In this document: positions 63,593-64,000 of the stretch, piece after piece
Layout: each line of letters starts with the position of its first letter
How positions within the stretch are numbered: position 1 is the first letter of the stretch
Assembly (NCBI GenBank): GCA_963668675.2
Contig: CAXXMB010000002.1
Coordinates: 1,408,001 to 1,472,000, forward strand
Direction: 5' to 3'
Length of the DNA: 64,000 nucleotides
Source: an uncultured Desulfatitalea sp.
Lineage (GTDB): Bacteria; Desulfobacterota; Desulfobacteria; Desulfobacterales; Desulfosarcinaceae
The notes under the pieces: model-generated
Database searches by the model: none
The model's input: the letters and a program-made list of their open reading frames with translations, nothing else
Told to the model about the DNA's origin: nothing
Position numbers and translations under genes: made by a program

Positions 63593-64000
63593 TCAGGAGT
63601 ATAACGGGAATGCATTGCACAGCTCGGCCACCTCAAGACGCGTTCGATCGAGGACCTTTTCATCGTCCGGATTCTTGAGAACCTCGATCATCAAACCGGC
63701 GATCTGCCGCATCTCTGTAAGTCCCATCCCGCGGCTGGTCAGGTAGGGGGTACCGATGCGCACGCCGCTGGTCACCACCGGCCCGCGGCGGTCAAACGGC
63801 ACGGCGTTCTTGTTTACGGTCATGCCCGCACGCCCCAGTGCCGTCTCGGCCGCCTTGCCTGTTATATCCCAGGTCGTCAGATCGGCCAGCATGAGGTGGT
63901 TGTCGGTCCCGCCGGAAACCAGCGGCAACCCGGCCTTCTGCAAGCTTTCGGCCAGTCCCTGGGCATTGGCCAGCACCTGTTCCTGATACACTTTGAATTC
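63593..64000 (-). CDS. glyA: Serine hydroxymethyltransferase, C-terminal part (5' end outside window)
   Basis: SGGTDNHL, NKNAVPFD, SGVRIGTP, FPLY. Confidence 0.94.
   Translation of the reverse strand, partial: EFKVYQEQVLANAQGLAESLQKAGLPLVSGGTDNHLMLADLTTWDITGKAAETALGRAGMTVNKNAVPFDRRGPVVTSGVRIGTPYLTSRGMGLTEMRQIAGLMIEVLKNPDDEKVLDRTRLEVAELCNAFPLYS

Overview
Chromosomal window from a sulfate-reducing Desulfobacterota bacterium; gene content and GC-rich codon usage suggest Desulfobacterales/Desulfosarcina-like (inference). Left: mltF-like, fabH, dapA, a TPR gene and an unknown gene, then dsrA-dsrB-dsrD-dsrN. An intact IS5-family element (13-bp TIRs, TAAATA target duplication) follows, inserted into a small palindromic REP/MITE-like element. 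The most notable system is at 12.8-25.3 kb. It is a minus-strand operon hdrA(tandem)-mvhD-fdhB-like-fdhA. The ORF track breaks it apart because three of its four genes carry an in-frame UGA at a conserved Cys/Sec position, each followed by a SECIS-like hairpin, so it encodes three selenoproteins. The operon has no hdrBC. It is preceded by its own cascade (NtrC-type activator, REC protein with an unusual tail, GAF kinase, single REC), a sigma54 promoter and CGTATA-N6-TATACG palindromes. Weaker copies of that palindrome lie in front of a divergent sigma54-driven DUF169 gene. Next come an AT-richer decayed patch (chimeric ORF with a frameshifted MscS remnant, REP-like repeats), a SAM-I riboswitch controlling metY-metX-metW, and assorted accessory genes. 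The window ends in a housekeeping block (rpmB, bamD, trxA, purN, rel, proS, ispG, nusB, rib genes, nrdR, dCMP deaminase, glyA). No rRNA, tRNA or CRISPR array was seen. All calls come from reading motifs by eye; no database searches were run.
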